From positions 1 to 45,999 of the forward strand of contig JAUCBJ010004658.1 of the NCBI GenBank assembly GCA_032718475.1: a stretch of DNA of 45,999 bases. Reading direction: 5' to 3'. Of this stretch, positions 33,520-45,999 are shown piece after piece. The DNA is from Nemertoderma westbladi. Lineage: Eukaryota > Animalia > Xenacoelomorpha. The position numbers and the translations under genes were made by a program. Each line of letters begins with the position of its first letter. Position 1 is the stretch's first letter. Below the pieces are notes generated by a model, which ran no database searches, had not been told where the DNA came from, and saw only the letters and a list, made by a program, of their open reading frames with translations.

Positions 33520-36157
33520 GGCGAACATTGGCAACTATCAGAATCGTATCTAGAGATTTAGAAAGTTTTATATGCCAATTATATCTCAGGTGGTCAGATA
33601 TTAATGACGTGAACGTGCTTCAGTATCGTCTTTTAATTTCAAAAAGTGGAGAAATCGAGTCAACCTTGCTGCCACCTCACCTTGTAAGTATGTTTAAACA
33701 CCTATATATCCAAAGCCAAACCAAGCGTATATTTGGAAAAAAGTTTAGTATCCATCATCAATGTACCTTCTCCCATTATACTGTAATGAGGGGGATATGA
33801 TAATACTGTACCTGATTGGATGCATGTTCTTCCAGCTCCATCATCAATCCTCTCTCTCTCTCTCTCTCTGCTGTATTGAAATTGTACTACGTCATGTAAA
33901 CCACTAACGTATCTGCCTACAAAATAAACTTCATTGCATTGAGTTGTACAAATGCACCAAATAGACTGTAAAAGCTTTTGCGGAATTAGCTGGTTATTTT
34001 TCCCGCAAAGTACTCTGTAGTTGGTTTAACGGACATAAAAAGCCGTTTCCTTACTGTACCGGTGTTTTAGTGGACATAAAAAGCCATTTCTTCTGTATGT
34101 GTACTTTAGCGGACATAACTAGCAATTTTATGTCGCAATAGCTAAAATCCTCTTGACACAGTGTAGTTACCATGACGACATCTAACAGCTGATATTGCCA
34201 CGTGGAACATCTCTTTGTTCTTTGTTCTTTCTTCTTTGTTTTTGACTCTGTGTTGGAGGTTGTATACAGAAACTCATGAATTCAGTCAGTATGTGTATTT
34301 TGTCCATAGCCAGAAGACCGGCTTTGGAACCTCTGTGTTTTCAGGCTTTAGCCAAACATTAGTAGGCTTTGGTCATAGAAACGTATATCTGTTATCAAAC
34401 TCACTACTCTACTCACCTCACATAATCATATTGTCAACTACAAACACCGCATTTTTACTGCTATTTACTGTCGGTTATTCATTATATCGGTTGATGGAAT
34501 ATTATTATATTTGGATAATATCGACCAATAATCAGAAACCCCAATCTTCTTGATATACTGAAGGTTAGAGAGACCGGTTACATATAACAATTGCGACTTA
34601 CATTAAAGTGGTTTTGGAGTGAATCTAATGCTATTTCATAGGCACTACATGAGTCGGTTGTTGTTCTCTTTATATGTGACTAAAATTAGTGAAGGTCGGC
34701 AGATCGGTGTGCAGCATTGTGCGACAGTGTACATGATTGTGAGTGTGACTGATAACAAAGCATCTCCTAAAGAATGCGCTATATACGTGAATCCATAGCC
34801 ATCCCGTTGTGTCTAGTGTAAGACATAACTCTGTTTACATATTTAGAGCGCCACGTCCTAAAGGAACTGTTAATATTTCCCGAAAGTGAATAATATTTGT
34901 CAGAAATTATATATTAACAATCAGTCGAATAATACAGTAGGCCTACACCGCAATAAGGTCAAAGCTTCCGAATCCAGTCTCCCGGGTATATCCAGCGGGT
35001 GAATGGTCGCGCATAGACTGGCTTCGGCTAATGTAGTGTATCAAATACTCGTCATAGGCTAAAGTCGATTTATAATCTAGAAGACATCCAAATTTGGCAG
35101 GTTAAACTGCTAAAGGTCTAAAAGCGCGAACATAGACGGAGGCGGAATTGGAATGAACTGATGCACTTGACACCTCAGATGATTTCTAATACAGCAATAA
35201 TTTTATCACATACATTAACTACTCGACTAAGAATATTCTATTTGCTCGGATGACATCATCGCATACCAATTAAGAATACGTACATACATAATTATGTATT
35301 TATTATTAAATAAAGATGATTTAGTATTCAAAAATGTTATTATCGATGGAATCATCTTTGCAGAAATAATCTAGGAATAATTATGATAAATATTAAAAAT
35401 ATATAAATGGAAGTGAATATACTAAAAGAACTAACCTCTCTTTTGCGGTAGGTGTTAAGTCATTTGTTTGTGTCATATCTGAGTCATCTTCAATTGCATC
35501 TGTAGTTGTAGTCATGGTAACCTGTGAAGGAGTATTATCTGAAATGCCATTTAGATGTCACTTGTCATTTTAAAGTGATTTGTAGTCACATCTTGATTGT
35601 TTTTTATTGACATAAATATTTGTTAAAGTCATTATTTTGAAACAGAGTGGAATGAGATTAAATTGATGAAAAATAAAAATATTTCAAACATGGGTATATC
35701 TTTGGAACCTTATATCACCGTTATAACAAAACAGGTTTAGCTCTCAGTATACCAAAATTTTCCAAAACTAATATTCAATAAAACGTGGCAATTTGTTTTT
35801 AAAGTAATGGTATTGTTCTAGAATGTTAGCTATTTTTCTAAAACATGTCAGTTTTTATTTAGCAGCGTTCCCATGGTAACAATAATTATATTCCAGAATT
35901 TTATGTCACATTTAGAATTGTTAGACCAGTAGCTATCTTTTTCAAAAGATGCGATAAATTTATATTGAGTTATTAGAATACTACAGCATGTTTGTTGTTT
36001 TACCATTTCTATGACAACCGGTGATAACACCAAGTCAGCTACCGATTCAGATTTGTTATCATATCAAAATGAATGGCCAGAAGCTAGGTCTTCCCAAAAA
36101 TATAAGTTCCGGGTGGTTACCAAAAAGTATCCCCTATGCTGGCTGGCCCATGGACTA
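33520..36157 (+). mobile_element. Second degenerate Academ(X)-like 3' part, interrupted by the solo LTR
   Basis: LESFICQLY...VNVLQYRLLISKSGEIESTLLPP, then decayed WMHVLPAPSSIL and a Cys-rich tail. Possible terminus ...GGCCCATGGACTA at 36157. Inverted homology to 18630-19268. Confidence 0.5.
33967..35132 (+). mobile_element. Solo LTR of the same BEL/Pao family, 1166 bp
   Basis: TGTAAAAGC...GCGCGAACA with its own 5-bp TSD TAGAC at 33962-33966 and 35133-35137. Confidence 0.95.
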
Positions 36158-36947
36158 ATACAGTAACTACAGGTCAGTAACTATTGCACGAATAGGCTAT
36201 CCCATAAATTAAGAAAAATATAGGACATTTTGTCCGCCGAAAAGGTAAGTCTAAGTAATAAATTTTATAAAAATAAAAGGCCTTAGTGCCTGAGTACTAA
36301 TAGTGGCCCAAGTGGCCCTAAATGCTAGGTAGTATCTGAGGGAATAAGACCCCATTTCCTATTTTATTGTTTTCATATTTTATTTATAATATTTGTTTAT
36401 TAAATTATGTCTTCAATGTTTATATTGATAATTATGTGTGTTGATTCTACATTCTTCTTTTTATGTCTTATCCTGTGGCCATTTTAATCTAGGCCTACTG
36501 TAAACTGCCGTAGGCCTATCAATTTCATTATATTTTAATGGATATGCAATTTAACTTCTTCTTTCATTTAACTTTCAACGCAATCAAATATAACTGTAAG
36601 CTATTGGCTTTCGTTTATTTCTAGATTTAGGCCATGATTTAGATGATAATGATTTAGGTCATGATGATAGAGGGCCATGATTTATTTTTGCTGTTAATTC
36701 GAGATGGGATTTGAATCCCATCGGATTACTCGAGAGAGGACAGATGATATACTATATAAAGAAACAGATGTCCGTGGTTGGATGGATGAGAGCTGTTGCT
36801 TTCAAAACAAAACATCCAAAACATCTCAATGTTGAAGTACTGTTCAAGTCCCTTAGGCTATACGGTTGATAAAGAGGGGCAGATGGGGGTCAGGGTTGAC
36901 TGGTAGACTATAATCCCCGCGATTTCAGGTTACTCAATAAACATATA

Positions 36948-37545
36948 CAGGGTGTCCCACAAAATTTGACACGGTTAGGTTTCGTTTTCAAATAACTCCG
37001 CTGCACCTTAATAAAATTCGGGATTGTTGGTATCATTAGAAAGCTAGAGTGCTAACTTAATGAAAGAAACTTGTTGGAAACAATTATGTTGCTATGGGAA
37101 CCACCTGCGGCAGTTTGTAAAGTAACAAGGGTTTTCGAAAGGTGCATTAATAATTAATTTTAAGAATAAAAATTTTAAGCATTTTAAAGCATTTAAAATT
37201 ACACTAACTTAAGATTGCCATGGGTCTTGAATGATTTCGTTGCAATAGAAACCTCCTGCTTTTAGTGTCTCCAAACATTTTAACTTTATAGTTTTTAAAT
37301 TTCATGTTATAAATGATTCATTTGCAATTATTGTATTTTAAGAATGTTTTGGAAAATTTCCATATTGTTTTGAGATTTGGTATAATTAGAAAGACAATTT
37401 TAATTTGTAAACTAGTCATACTGTATTTGATTTGATTTAGCTAGACTATACACAAGATATACATACCACATAAAAAATAAGTCCCAAGAAATTTGACCCG
37501 TTTTCGTTTTCAAATAACTCCGCTGCACCTTAATAAAATTGAGTC
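36948..37545 (+). mobile_element. Tc1/mariner-like non-autonomous fragment
   Basis: TA|CAGGGTGTCCCA terminus. About 60 bp (TTTCGTTTTCAAATAACTCCGCTGCACCTTAATAAAATT) is repeated at ~37481. No right TIR seen. Confidence 0.45.
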
Positions 37546-38959
37546 GAGATAGCACCCAAAGAATTACAAAACGGTCAGAAGTAAATGGAAATTTAAGCCA
37601 TATAAAATTCAAATGATCCATGGTCTAAAACCTTCTGATTACCCCACAAGATCTCACTTCGGTTAATTGAATGATTTGGTTTATGTTGCATTACAATCAG
37701 CATCCCTGAAAACATTTATAACCTGAAAATCAATGTATTTGAACCACTTTTAAATCGTTTGCAAAGTGATCGGTCTTATCTAGGGGAGATGTGGGTGTGC
37801 TAATTCGATTGTGTCGGAGAAATAAACCTCATGACTGTAGTCAATTAAAAATTAACAATCACCTATTTATTTTATATTTAATTCACTCTCAAAGGAAACA
37901 TCTTTCCAATAATGATCAAATACAAATATAGTTCAGTACAAATAGAACAATTTTGTTACCGGTAACTTTAAGATTTATGAACAGAATTGACATGGGTGTT
38001 TAGGTAGGCTTTCCGACTGAATTCTTTATTACAATAAACGCACTTATGTTTGATACCTTTATGTATAGAGTCGACATGTTGTTTTAGTTTGGCTTTTGTA
38101 GCAAATGATTTTCCACAATCAAAACAGTTGTACTTGATATCTTTATGTAAGTAGTAACGACATGTGGTTTTAGGTAGCCTTTTGTAGACTGAATTCTTTA
38201 TTACAATAACCGCACTTATGTTTGATACCTTTATGTATAGAGTCGACATGTTGTTTTAGTTCGGCTTTTGTAGCAAATGGTTTTCCACAATCAAAACAGT
38301 TGTACTTTATATCTTTATGAAAGTAGTTCACATGGGTGTTTAGAGGCCCTTTCTGGTTGAATTCTTTATTACAATAAACGCACTTATATTTGATATCTTT
38401 ATGTATAGAGTCGACATGTCGTTTTAGTTCGGCTTTTCTAGCAAATGATTTTCCACAATCAAAACAGTTGTACTTGATATCTTTATGTATAGAGTCGACA
38501 TGTTGTTTTAGTTCGGCTTTTGTAGCAAATGATTTTCCACAATCGGAGCAGCTATACTTGATGATACCTTTGTGGGCAAAATTAATGTGGATGTTTAGAT
38601 TCCTTTGCCGGCTGAATTCTTTATTACAATAACCGCACTTATGTTTGATATCTTTATGTATACGAGTCGACATGTTGTTTTAGTTTGGCTTTTCTAGCAA
38701 ATGATTTTCCGCAATGAAAACAGTTGAACTTGATATCTTTATGGGAGTAGTTCACATGGATGTTTAGATTCGTTAGCTGACGGAATTTTTTACTACAATA
38801 ATCGCACTTATGTTTGATACGTTTATGGATATCGTCAACATGCTTCTTTACATAATATTTCCATTTTAAACAGTTTCTCACAATAATCGCATTTATACTT
38901 ATTCTTGACGTCTTTATGAACGGATTCTATATGTCTCTCTAAATTCCCTTCGTCATTAA

Positions 38960-41931
38960 GGGGGGGGTATAATAATAGACCATAAATTTTGGACGCTCTA
39001 TAGATGCATCTAAAATTATTTTTTTGCTAGGAGTCATATTTTGAGTTTTGTGACTAAGGAATTAAAATTTTGGAAAAATTCAAAATTTTTCAAAAATTTT
39101 ATTTTTTCGCCAAAATTTTGCCAAAAAGGCAAAAAATGAAAAAAATGCTAAGGCTTCTAGCCAAATTATCCAAATACTTCAAAACTCACGTGAGAAAGTC
39201 AGTAGGACGTCCCAAACGATTTGCATTGACAAAATTTTGATATCTTGTCGAGAAGAGCAAAAAGCACCAAAAGGGACATTTTTGGTCCAAAAAATGACCA
39301 AAATTTCAAAAATTTGGCCCAATTTTTCGAAAAAATTGAGTTTTTAAAAAAATATCAAAATTTTGTCAATGCATTTTGTAAAGGACCCCACAATCATCGA
39401 TCATGCAAAAAATCAGCACATTTGGGCCATTTTTGACAGAGCCTTAGCATTTTTCGTTTGAAAAATGCTAATTGGAGAAAAACAGGTTTAAAGTTAAAGT
39501 TTGTTTATTTTATTATGAAGTTAAATTTTTGAAATTTCGATTAAATGAGATAAACTCAGTGAATTCTAATAAAATTTTTTTCATCTAGTTCCAAATTTTA
39601 TGTAGATTCCAAAAATTGTATTATTATCGCATGTTAATCTTAAGGTCATATTATTTCATATAAAAGACATGTTAAAGGGTGTGAATTTTTTGACAAAATT
39701 TGAACAAAAAACTGAAATCAATAAAAAATAATAATTCAAATTAGGCACTATATTAATATTCATTAATTAAAATTAAATTTAAAAATTTAAAATGAAATTT
39801 AAAAAGTTAATTAAAAGGCCCCAGATTTATATGACTTATGATCGGGTGCTTGCCATTTCTTTGATGGTTTGTGTTCAGTACTTTTCTGTTTACGTTTTAG
39901 GTTGACCTTCTTTGCTCGTTCTGCAAGGTCACCATCATCTTCCTCAAGGCCAAGCTTCTTCAAAATTATCTGTTCTGCTGAACACCCCCGATTGTGAACT
40001 AAAACAGTATACGAAACATGAAACATGAGTGTACTTAGACCCACAAACGTTTCTTTAGATAGACGAGTCCATAGCCGTGAATGCAGAGATTCGTTCGGAT
40101 TTTGTGTGAGGCCAGGGATACAGCGTTCCAGAATTTCGCTCGTTGTTAGGCGTTCATAAACAGGTAAAATAAACTTCATGTTTGCCTCTTTTATAAATGT
40201 TACATTTTTGTAACTTATAGCATTGTTTTTGAATTTACACCACTTATTTTCAGGGCATAACTCATGTTGTTTCTCAACATTATCTCCATAATCACAATAG
40301 TGATGTGTTGCAGCCACGATTTCACTTCGAATCGTGCTTATGAGCACTGATTTTTCAGTCTCTGAGAGTTTATCTATATCAACATCTGCTATATTCTTCA
40401 CGATCGTATTTCGGTAATATGACTGCAATTGGTGACATCGACTATCAGTCAACCCTCCCTTGCCTCCAAGTTTATGAGTTTTGCGAGCATTGGAAAGACC
40501 TGTATATAGACGCTTCGCAACGTGGTTCAGGCACTCTTTCTTCTGCACTGTTACATTCTGCTCTCTGTAAGGATCGGACTCCAATATGTTCTTCATAACG
40601 CTGCTGTCGCCATCCGATACCATTGATTGATATATGACACCATTATTTGATAGGGATCTATTGAATAGTTTAACAGCTAAATGAGGTTCCATACCTGAAC
40701 TGGACCCTGAATAATTTATATTACACTCATGATCAGCATTGCCATCTTCTTCTTTGTTGCGGCTACAAATATTACAGTATTTTGAACAAACATCGAAATC
40801 AATGACATGTCCTGTATTTTCGGATATGATAAACGCGGCACCATAAAGTGATTGATGGCCTCTTTTCATCCATGTACCGTCAAAAGATATACATATTTCC
40901 CTGTCAATCTCTTTCATTGCACAATTTTTTGCATTTCCTCGTGCAAGTGATTCCGTGACCTTCGAGATTTCGTTGACATGAAATTGCCAGGCTCTCTTCG
41001 CAACAGGAGATGGTAGTGACATTATTCTAGAAAACGTCTCTGCATCACCATGGGTCCCACCAACACAAAGCCAAGCCAGTACTGCACGAAGATTCACATC
41101 CGCTGTTTTTCTTCCAGGACGAGGTTCAGTTCGAGAAACTTGGTCGCTCGTGAAAGTAGAATATTGCCAATCACAACGTGAACATTTCCCCTCAAAATTG
41201 GTACTATAACCACGATGTGACTCATTTATCACTACTGTACCGTCACATTGCTTATCATCATGTTTCTCCATTATCAGTTTCTTTATTATTTGCGTTGCTA
41301 CAACGTTATATCCCTCCAACTTTCCATCTGAGGGTAGGACATTCAGATTCGATGCTATTAGCGACGGTTCTCGATCTTTTGGCACTACCGGTACCGGTAC
41401 TGAAATCGATTTCATATGCGCGAGGTTCAATGTACCGGTATCTTGTTTCTTGGTTCCTCGAAATCCTGCTTTCCGTTGTTGAGTTATTCGTGGCATACTG
41501 TATTATAAAAATTATATCGTCAACGATGTATGTACAATTTTCGATTCGAAGATGGAGGACGCTCTATAGTCTGTGTCCGTCAAAACTGCTGATTGCATTG
41601 ATTGAAACACCAATACAGCATACAGTTAGTAACTAAAACATAACAATGTGCAAATTCTCGTTTTAAACTTCCCGCTAAAATACATTCCAACCTGTAATAA
41701 CTTATTAGCCAATACAATGATTTCAGTGCAACAAGCCGGAAATTTTGTTAATTTTTGTCATTTTTTTCAAATAATTTTCAGGATGCGTGTCTATATAATG
41801 AGCCATAACTCGAAAACTAGACAAGCTAGAAATAAACTGTTTACAGATTTGAAATCTCCATAAAATTTGCTACAAGAAACGGGTATAAAATTTTTTTTAT
41901 ATTTTTTGACCCCAATTATTATACCCCCCCC
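38960..41931 (-). mobile_element. Kolobok-like DNA transposon, 2972 bp, apparently complete
   Basis: 17-bp TIR GGGGGGGGTATAATAAT. TTAA TSD at 38956-38959 and 41932-41935. Empty site CGTCATTAAATAATTC at 13-28. Confidence 0.85.
39811..41496 (-). CDS. DDE transposase, 561 aa (Mutator-like domain family with CxxH; Kolobok-type termini)
   Basis: N-terminal H..C..CxxC zinc site, ISFDGTWMKRGHQSLYG (D), SDGDS (D), ECLNH (CxxH), TQNPNES (E). ORF is uninterrupted. Confidence 0.88.
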   Translation of the reverse strand: MPRITQQRKAGFRGTKKQDTGTLNLAHMKSISVPVPVVPKDREPSLIASNLNVLPSDGKLEGYNVVATQIIKKLIMEKHDDKQCDGTVVINESHRGYSTNFEGKCSRCDWQYSTFTSDQVSRTEPRPGRKTADVNLRAVLAWLCVGGTHGDAETFSRIMSLPSPVAKRAWQFHVNEISKVTESLARGNAKNCAMKEIDREICISFDGTWMKRGHQSLYGAAFIISENTGHVIDFDVCSKYCNICSRNKEEDGNADHECNINYSGSSSGMEPHLAVKLFNRSLSNNGVIYQSMVSDGDSSVMKNILESDPYREQNVTVQKKECLNHVAKRLYTGLSNARKTHKLGGKGGLTDSRCHQLQSYYRNTIVKNIADVDIDKLSETEKSVLISTIRSEIVAATHHYCDYGDNVEKQHELCPENKWCKFKNNAISYKNVTFIKEANMKFILPVYERLTTSEILERCIPGLTQNPNESLHSRLWTRLSKETFVGLSTLMFHVSYTVLVHNRGCSAEQIILKKLGLEEDDGDLAERAKKVNLKRKQKSTEHKPSKKWQAPDHKSYKSGAF

Positions 41932-42890
41932 TTAAATAATTCATTGCAATGCAAACAGGAACTGGTATCTGAAGAAGATACCAACTCCCCAACAGTTTCA
42001 TTAGAACTACCGGACTCTGTTGTTGCACAACTGATTGTCAGTTCTGTACCTTCAGTTCCAATAGGCCTACCATAAGAACAGTCTGGGCCGTCGTTTTCCC
42101 GTTTTTCAACAATAAAAGAATCTCCAGATGGTTCATAGGAAATATCTTCGTCATCTAGTACAGGGAAAACATCTACTCTACCGAACAAATTGTTGTGCTC
42201 TTCGATGGGAGATGATCCGTGAACGCACTTCTCTTGTTTGACATCAAGATAATAGGGGGTGGAGTCTGTTGGTTCTCTCTTTATAATTATACAGTCTGTA
42301 TGTTCGTTCTTTATAACTATACCGGCGCCAGACGATTTCTCTTTCAATAAATTAATATGTTGATCCATTATCAAATCTTCAATAAATATTAATAAATAAA
42401 TAAAATACAAGTGGCAGTAATTTAAGGTATGTTAAGCTATATATCTCTATTATAAATTCAAACTCGTATATTTACTCGTATATATATATATAGAAAGAAA
42501 GAAATAGAGAAATACACCGCAACAGCACCATTAACTTTTATAATAAAATTTATGTAAAAATAGTGAGAGGGCAGGGTGGGTGGTAATGCGTGTTTTTGCC
42601 ATTGGAACAGCAACAGCGAAGCTAGTGTAGCTGGTTCCAATGGCGTTATTACTCTTGAGATGGGGAGGTGGTATGTGGGGGGGGGGGGGGGGTGGTCGGT
42701 GGGTGGGGGGGGGGGGGGTGTGCAAAATTTGGATGTAGATAGTAATATTTATAATTCTGGGCTTAATACATCATGAGGCTCGCAGCTTACCGCGGTTCGT
42801 GTAGGTTGGTGGAAGGATTGGAGTAAAGAGCAAAGGGAGAGTGGAACGCCGCCAACTCGCCAATTTCCTTGATTTGTTTTCACAGGATTT

Positions 42891-45800
42891 GTTTACGTCT
42901 GAAGTCCATCTACTTACTCCAGGTATTGTTTGGTATATTTGCATTTTTCTAAAAATAATAATAAGAAGACTGGTACAAGACTGACATAACTTCTGAACTA
43001 ATCAGGTAGGTAGGTACCAGTACGATTCGAGAGTACAGGTTTTTGGTGATTTATTATATATTAGTAATTGGCAATTCATTTAAAGACACAGTGTGCTCGG
43101 ATGTACTGGGAACTACGTATGGTCGCGGTCACCAGAGCAAACTCTTTGGAACTTAATGAATTAACTACGTACAGTAATACATAAATAATAACTCAAGTTA
43201 TCCTGTAGCTGATTATGAAACTGTAACCTGTTCTATGACTGCCGTATATTGTTTTGGTTATAGTTACAAGCCACTGTAAGAGTAACCTGCTCAAGTACTT
43301 GTATTTTGAAGAATACGATCATTGCGGTTCCAATGAGCCTAAAGACAATGCAATAGGTGTACCAGAAGTTGGTCACCAGGAGGATAGAAGGCACGCATGC
43401 CACATAGCCGCATCAGTTAAAACCTTCCACTCATGTATGGGGTGTGGCGCCTCTTAGGCTAAACTTTTTCAAATTTTCTGAAGATTTCTTTGCCATGTTT
43501 TTGCGCTATTTGAAACATTATTTTGAGGTATCAGCAGGATATTTAACTTAGTTATTGCTCAGAATCAGCAAGCCTAAATCTGTAAATGTACTCATACAAA
43601 ATCATACAGACATATGGAAAACACTGCAAACCAGAAATTGATCAGCAGGAAAACAAGGATAGTGCTGAGCATTGAGCTGTATGCTGATTAAATTACTATT
43701 CCTCAGTTGGCAACCGAGAAAAGCCACAACGCCAGCTTTCTTTCGATTTCTTTCTTTAAAATCTGAAAATGACAGGCAGTCCGAGTCCCAGTCTGCCAGT
43801 AGTAACCAAAATAATAAACGAGCATGATTTGGTGAATTGTGTGTTTAAACTGGTAACTTTCTGGATGTGTAGGGGTATTTGGTAAATTATAACATAAACA
43901 TTCCCGTATGTCGTCTCCCATTCCGACGATTTTCTTAATCCCCAATCTATGAAAGTTCGCTAACCGAACCCGGAACCACGAACCGATCTCAACTAACCCG
44001 CGGACAGCGGACTAACTCATTAAGAGTTCGAGGTGGTAATGTAATCTGTTTCTATTCGATTATATCACAGGATTATTCGATGAATTTAAGTGCTGATGTC
44101 AGTACGTGGCGTCGGGGGTGATAGGCTGATAGGCCTATTTGCTTATCGCCTATCTGCCTAGGCCTATATGTTTGTATATCGGAATTCGATATATTCGGTC
44201 TTCTGAGGGACTGCTGGTAGCAACGCTCTACCGGCACCGGCCACCTTAATATGCGAAACATCCTCGGTAAACCAACCCAAATATTGGCGAAATGGCGACA
44301 GTTTACTTACGGTAAGTTTAGACGTTTACGTAACATGCAACCATACATAAAATCAGATACGCTAGTTGCCAGTCAGCCAGCACTTTACGTCGAGTTGGCC
44401 TATGGACACGATCATCCGAATACTCTGTACATGTGTTTTAAATTAATCGCTAAATACTGTAATACAGTACGGTAATAGTGTTGTGATGCTATAATGGAAA
44501 TGATCTAGGGCCTACTGTACTTACTGACAGGGACAGCCTGTCTTCAGGCATAGTTCCTGAGTTCTGACACCAACTAAACGAAAGACTAAGCTATACCGTC
44601 ACACCCCAGGTTGGAATTCATGCATGAGCGCGCAGGTACGCTTTGTTGTTTTGAAATCACCGCGCACCTGAAATTGGCTCGTCGCGCACCTCATCATAAT
44701 CCAAACAAAATCGCGCAGCTCATGTCAGCATGTCATGCATATCTCAAAAAATCGCACAGTTCATAAGAACAATTTTACATTCCTATTTTACAAGTTTGAG
44801 CGTTTTAAGCTTATCTTTACGTCTGTCTGTGTGTACGTTGAATCTAGGCTAGGCTTACATAATAAATGTAATTTTTGCAACATCAAAATTGTTAATATTA
44901 AAAAATATTTTTTTAATCCACTACTATGGCAGTATGGTGGCCCATCGGGCTCACTGCTTTTTTAACAGAAAATATTATTTTAGATTACAAACAAAACATG
45001 TAATTTCAAAAAAACGAATATTGAAATAGGTACCAGTCTGCCAGTAATAGGCCTACTTTGTAGGGTATAGGCTGATAGGCCTACCTCTGCTGCTCTGTAC
45101 CTAACAATTAGCAGATTAGGCTTAAACATACAGTTGGCTTATAATTAAGTCATACTTATAATACATTGTTACTTTCTGACTTTACCTGTCAGCCTGTTTA
45201 CTAACGTAACATCGGCATAGCATAGACCTAATACTGTAATACAGTAATAACAATACAACAATAGCAGAATAGAGTACTGTACCGGTAGTTAAAATAAATA
45301 GACAAATCCAGCTCCGGCTCCGGTTGCCGGTATTACAGTATTATGGTGAAGTGATTTGACTGTTTGAAGAATTGGAAATGAGAAACTAACTGAGTAATGC
45401 GAGCGAAGCGAGCGAAATTTTTTTGTGTATTTTCGTGATTTCAATTAATTTGTGGTGCGCATCAGAGGCAGAGCTGCGCGCTGGGGCGCAACGCGCACCT
45501 GTCTCACCCGAACGCGCACCTGTCTCACCCAAACGTTTTGCAGCATGAATTCCAACCTGGGTCACACCTAAGCCTATTGAGTATTGAATTGAGCTCCATT
45601 TTCAAGTTCAGATCACATTGTGTCTGCCAACTAGGCCTACTAGGGTACAACTTTTCGCCACATCCGTACAGCCGTATGCATTTGCCGTATCCCTATGTAC
45701 ATACTGATTACTGACATACGCGTATGTAATGGATTCCTATGAAGAATAATCCGGGTTTGGCTTTTTGCCGTATGTGTACGTAGATGAAATTGTTCCCGTA

Positions 45801-45999
45801 GCCTACCGTAGGCTACCGTGCGTAATGTGGGACGTATTTCTGGGGTAAATCTTTTCGACCTACGCGTAGTTCGCAACATTGGGTCATATATCACCAGTTT
45901 CAGAGTTTTTAACAATAACTACGCGTAGGTCCTACGCGACCTACGCGTAGGTCCTACGCGACCTACGCGTAGGTGCTACGTATAACTACGCGTAAATGC
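42891..45999 (+). repeat. Duplicated upstream region of zinc-finger gene copy B
   Basis: Colinear with 11133-13300. Confidence 0.93.
44606..45560. mobile_element. MITE with 8-bp TSD (hAT- or P-type), 955 bp
   Basis: 18-bp TIR CCAGGTTGGAATTCATGC. TSD GTCACACC at 44598-44605 and 45561-45568. Empty site at ~12867. CGCGCACCT subterminal motifs at both ends. Confidence 0.92.

Larger units (their letters stand above)
37968..42368 (-). pseudogene. C2H2 zinc-finger gene, copy B, ~12 fingers, interrupted by the Kolobok-like element and frameshifts
   Basis: ATG at 42368. The first finger is split at TTAA. Tandem CxxC-x12-HxxxxH fingers with HK(D/G)IK(Y/H) linkers at 38959-37968. Frameshifts near 38865, 38660 and 38190. 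Confidence 0.9.

Noticed and set aside
33203-33561. Poly-Pro/poly-Gly ORFs and G-tracts (also at 277, 6242, 9452, 9684, 42677)
   Set aside because: Homopolymer runs that give spurious low-complexity ORFs. Their lengths are unreliable and there is no evidence of function.
36695-36860. tRNA gene or tRNA-derived SINE
   Set aside because: Only degenerate A/B-box-like words; no cloverleaf or boundaries can be supported.
38960-41931. piggyBac or Mutator assignment
   Set aside because: Termini begin with G rather than CCY and the protein lacks piggyBac motifs. The TSD is 4 bp with short TIRs, unlike Mutator.

Overview
AT-rich metazoan (probably invertebrate) genomic DNA, almost entirely nested transposable elements. 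They lie between two tandem paralogous copies of a minus-strand C2H2 zinc-finger gene plus upstream region (copy A ~1-13300, copy B ~37968-45999). Each copy supplies the empty site for insertions in the other. Copy A carries a hAT element (262-1526, 8-bp TSD), a non-autonomous Helitron with a ~150-bp tandem array (1844-3998), and an IS3EU-like element (4005-10899, 6-bp TSD) with an intact HECT E3 ligase ORF. Copy B carries an apparently intact Kolobok-like transposon (38960-41931, TTAA TSD) and a MITE (44606-45560). The centre holds a 13.84-kb BEL/Pao LTR retrotransposon (19269-33108; 1187-bp LTRs, ~99% identical; GAAGC TSD), a truncated relative, a solo LTR, and LINE and Academ-like remnants. 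The most unusual system is this BEL/Pao family. In the env position it encodes a ~1400-codon non-env ORF with a DEDDy-type 3'-5' exonuclease domain and CCHC zinc knuckles, and the shared C-terminal part looks constrained between the two copies. It also lacks a tRNA primer-binding site: the 11 nt after the 5' LTR are instead exactly complementary to a site inside the LTR, suggesting Tf1-like self-priming. All family calls are by eye from motifs, termini and TSDs; no database searches were run.
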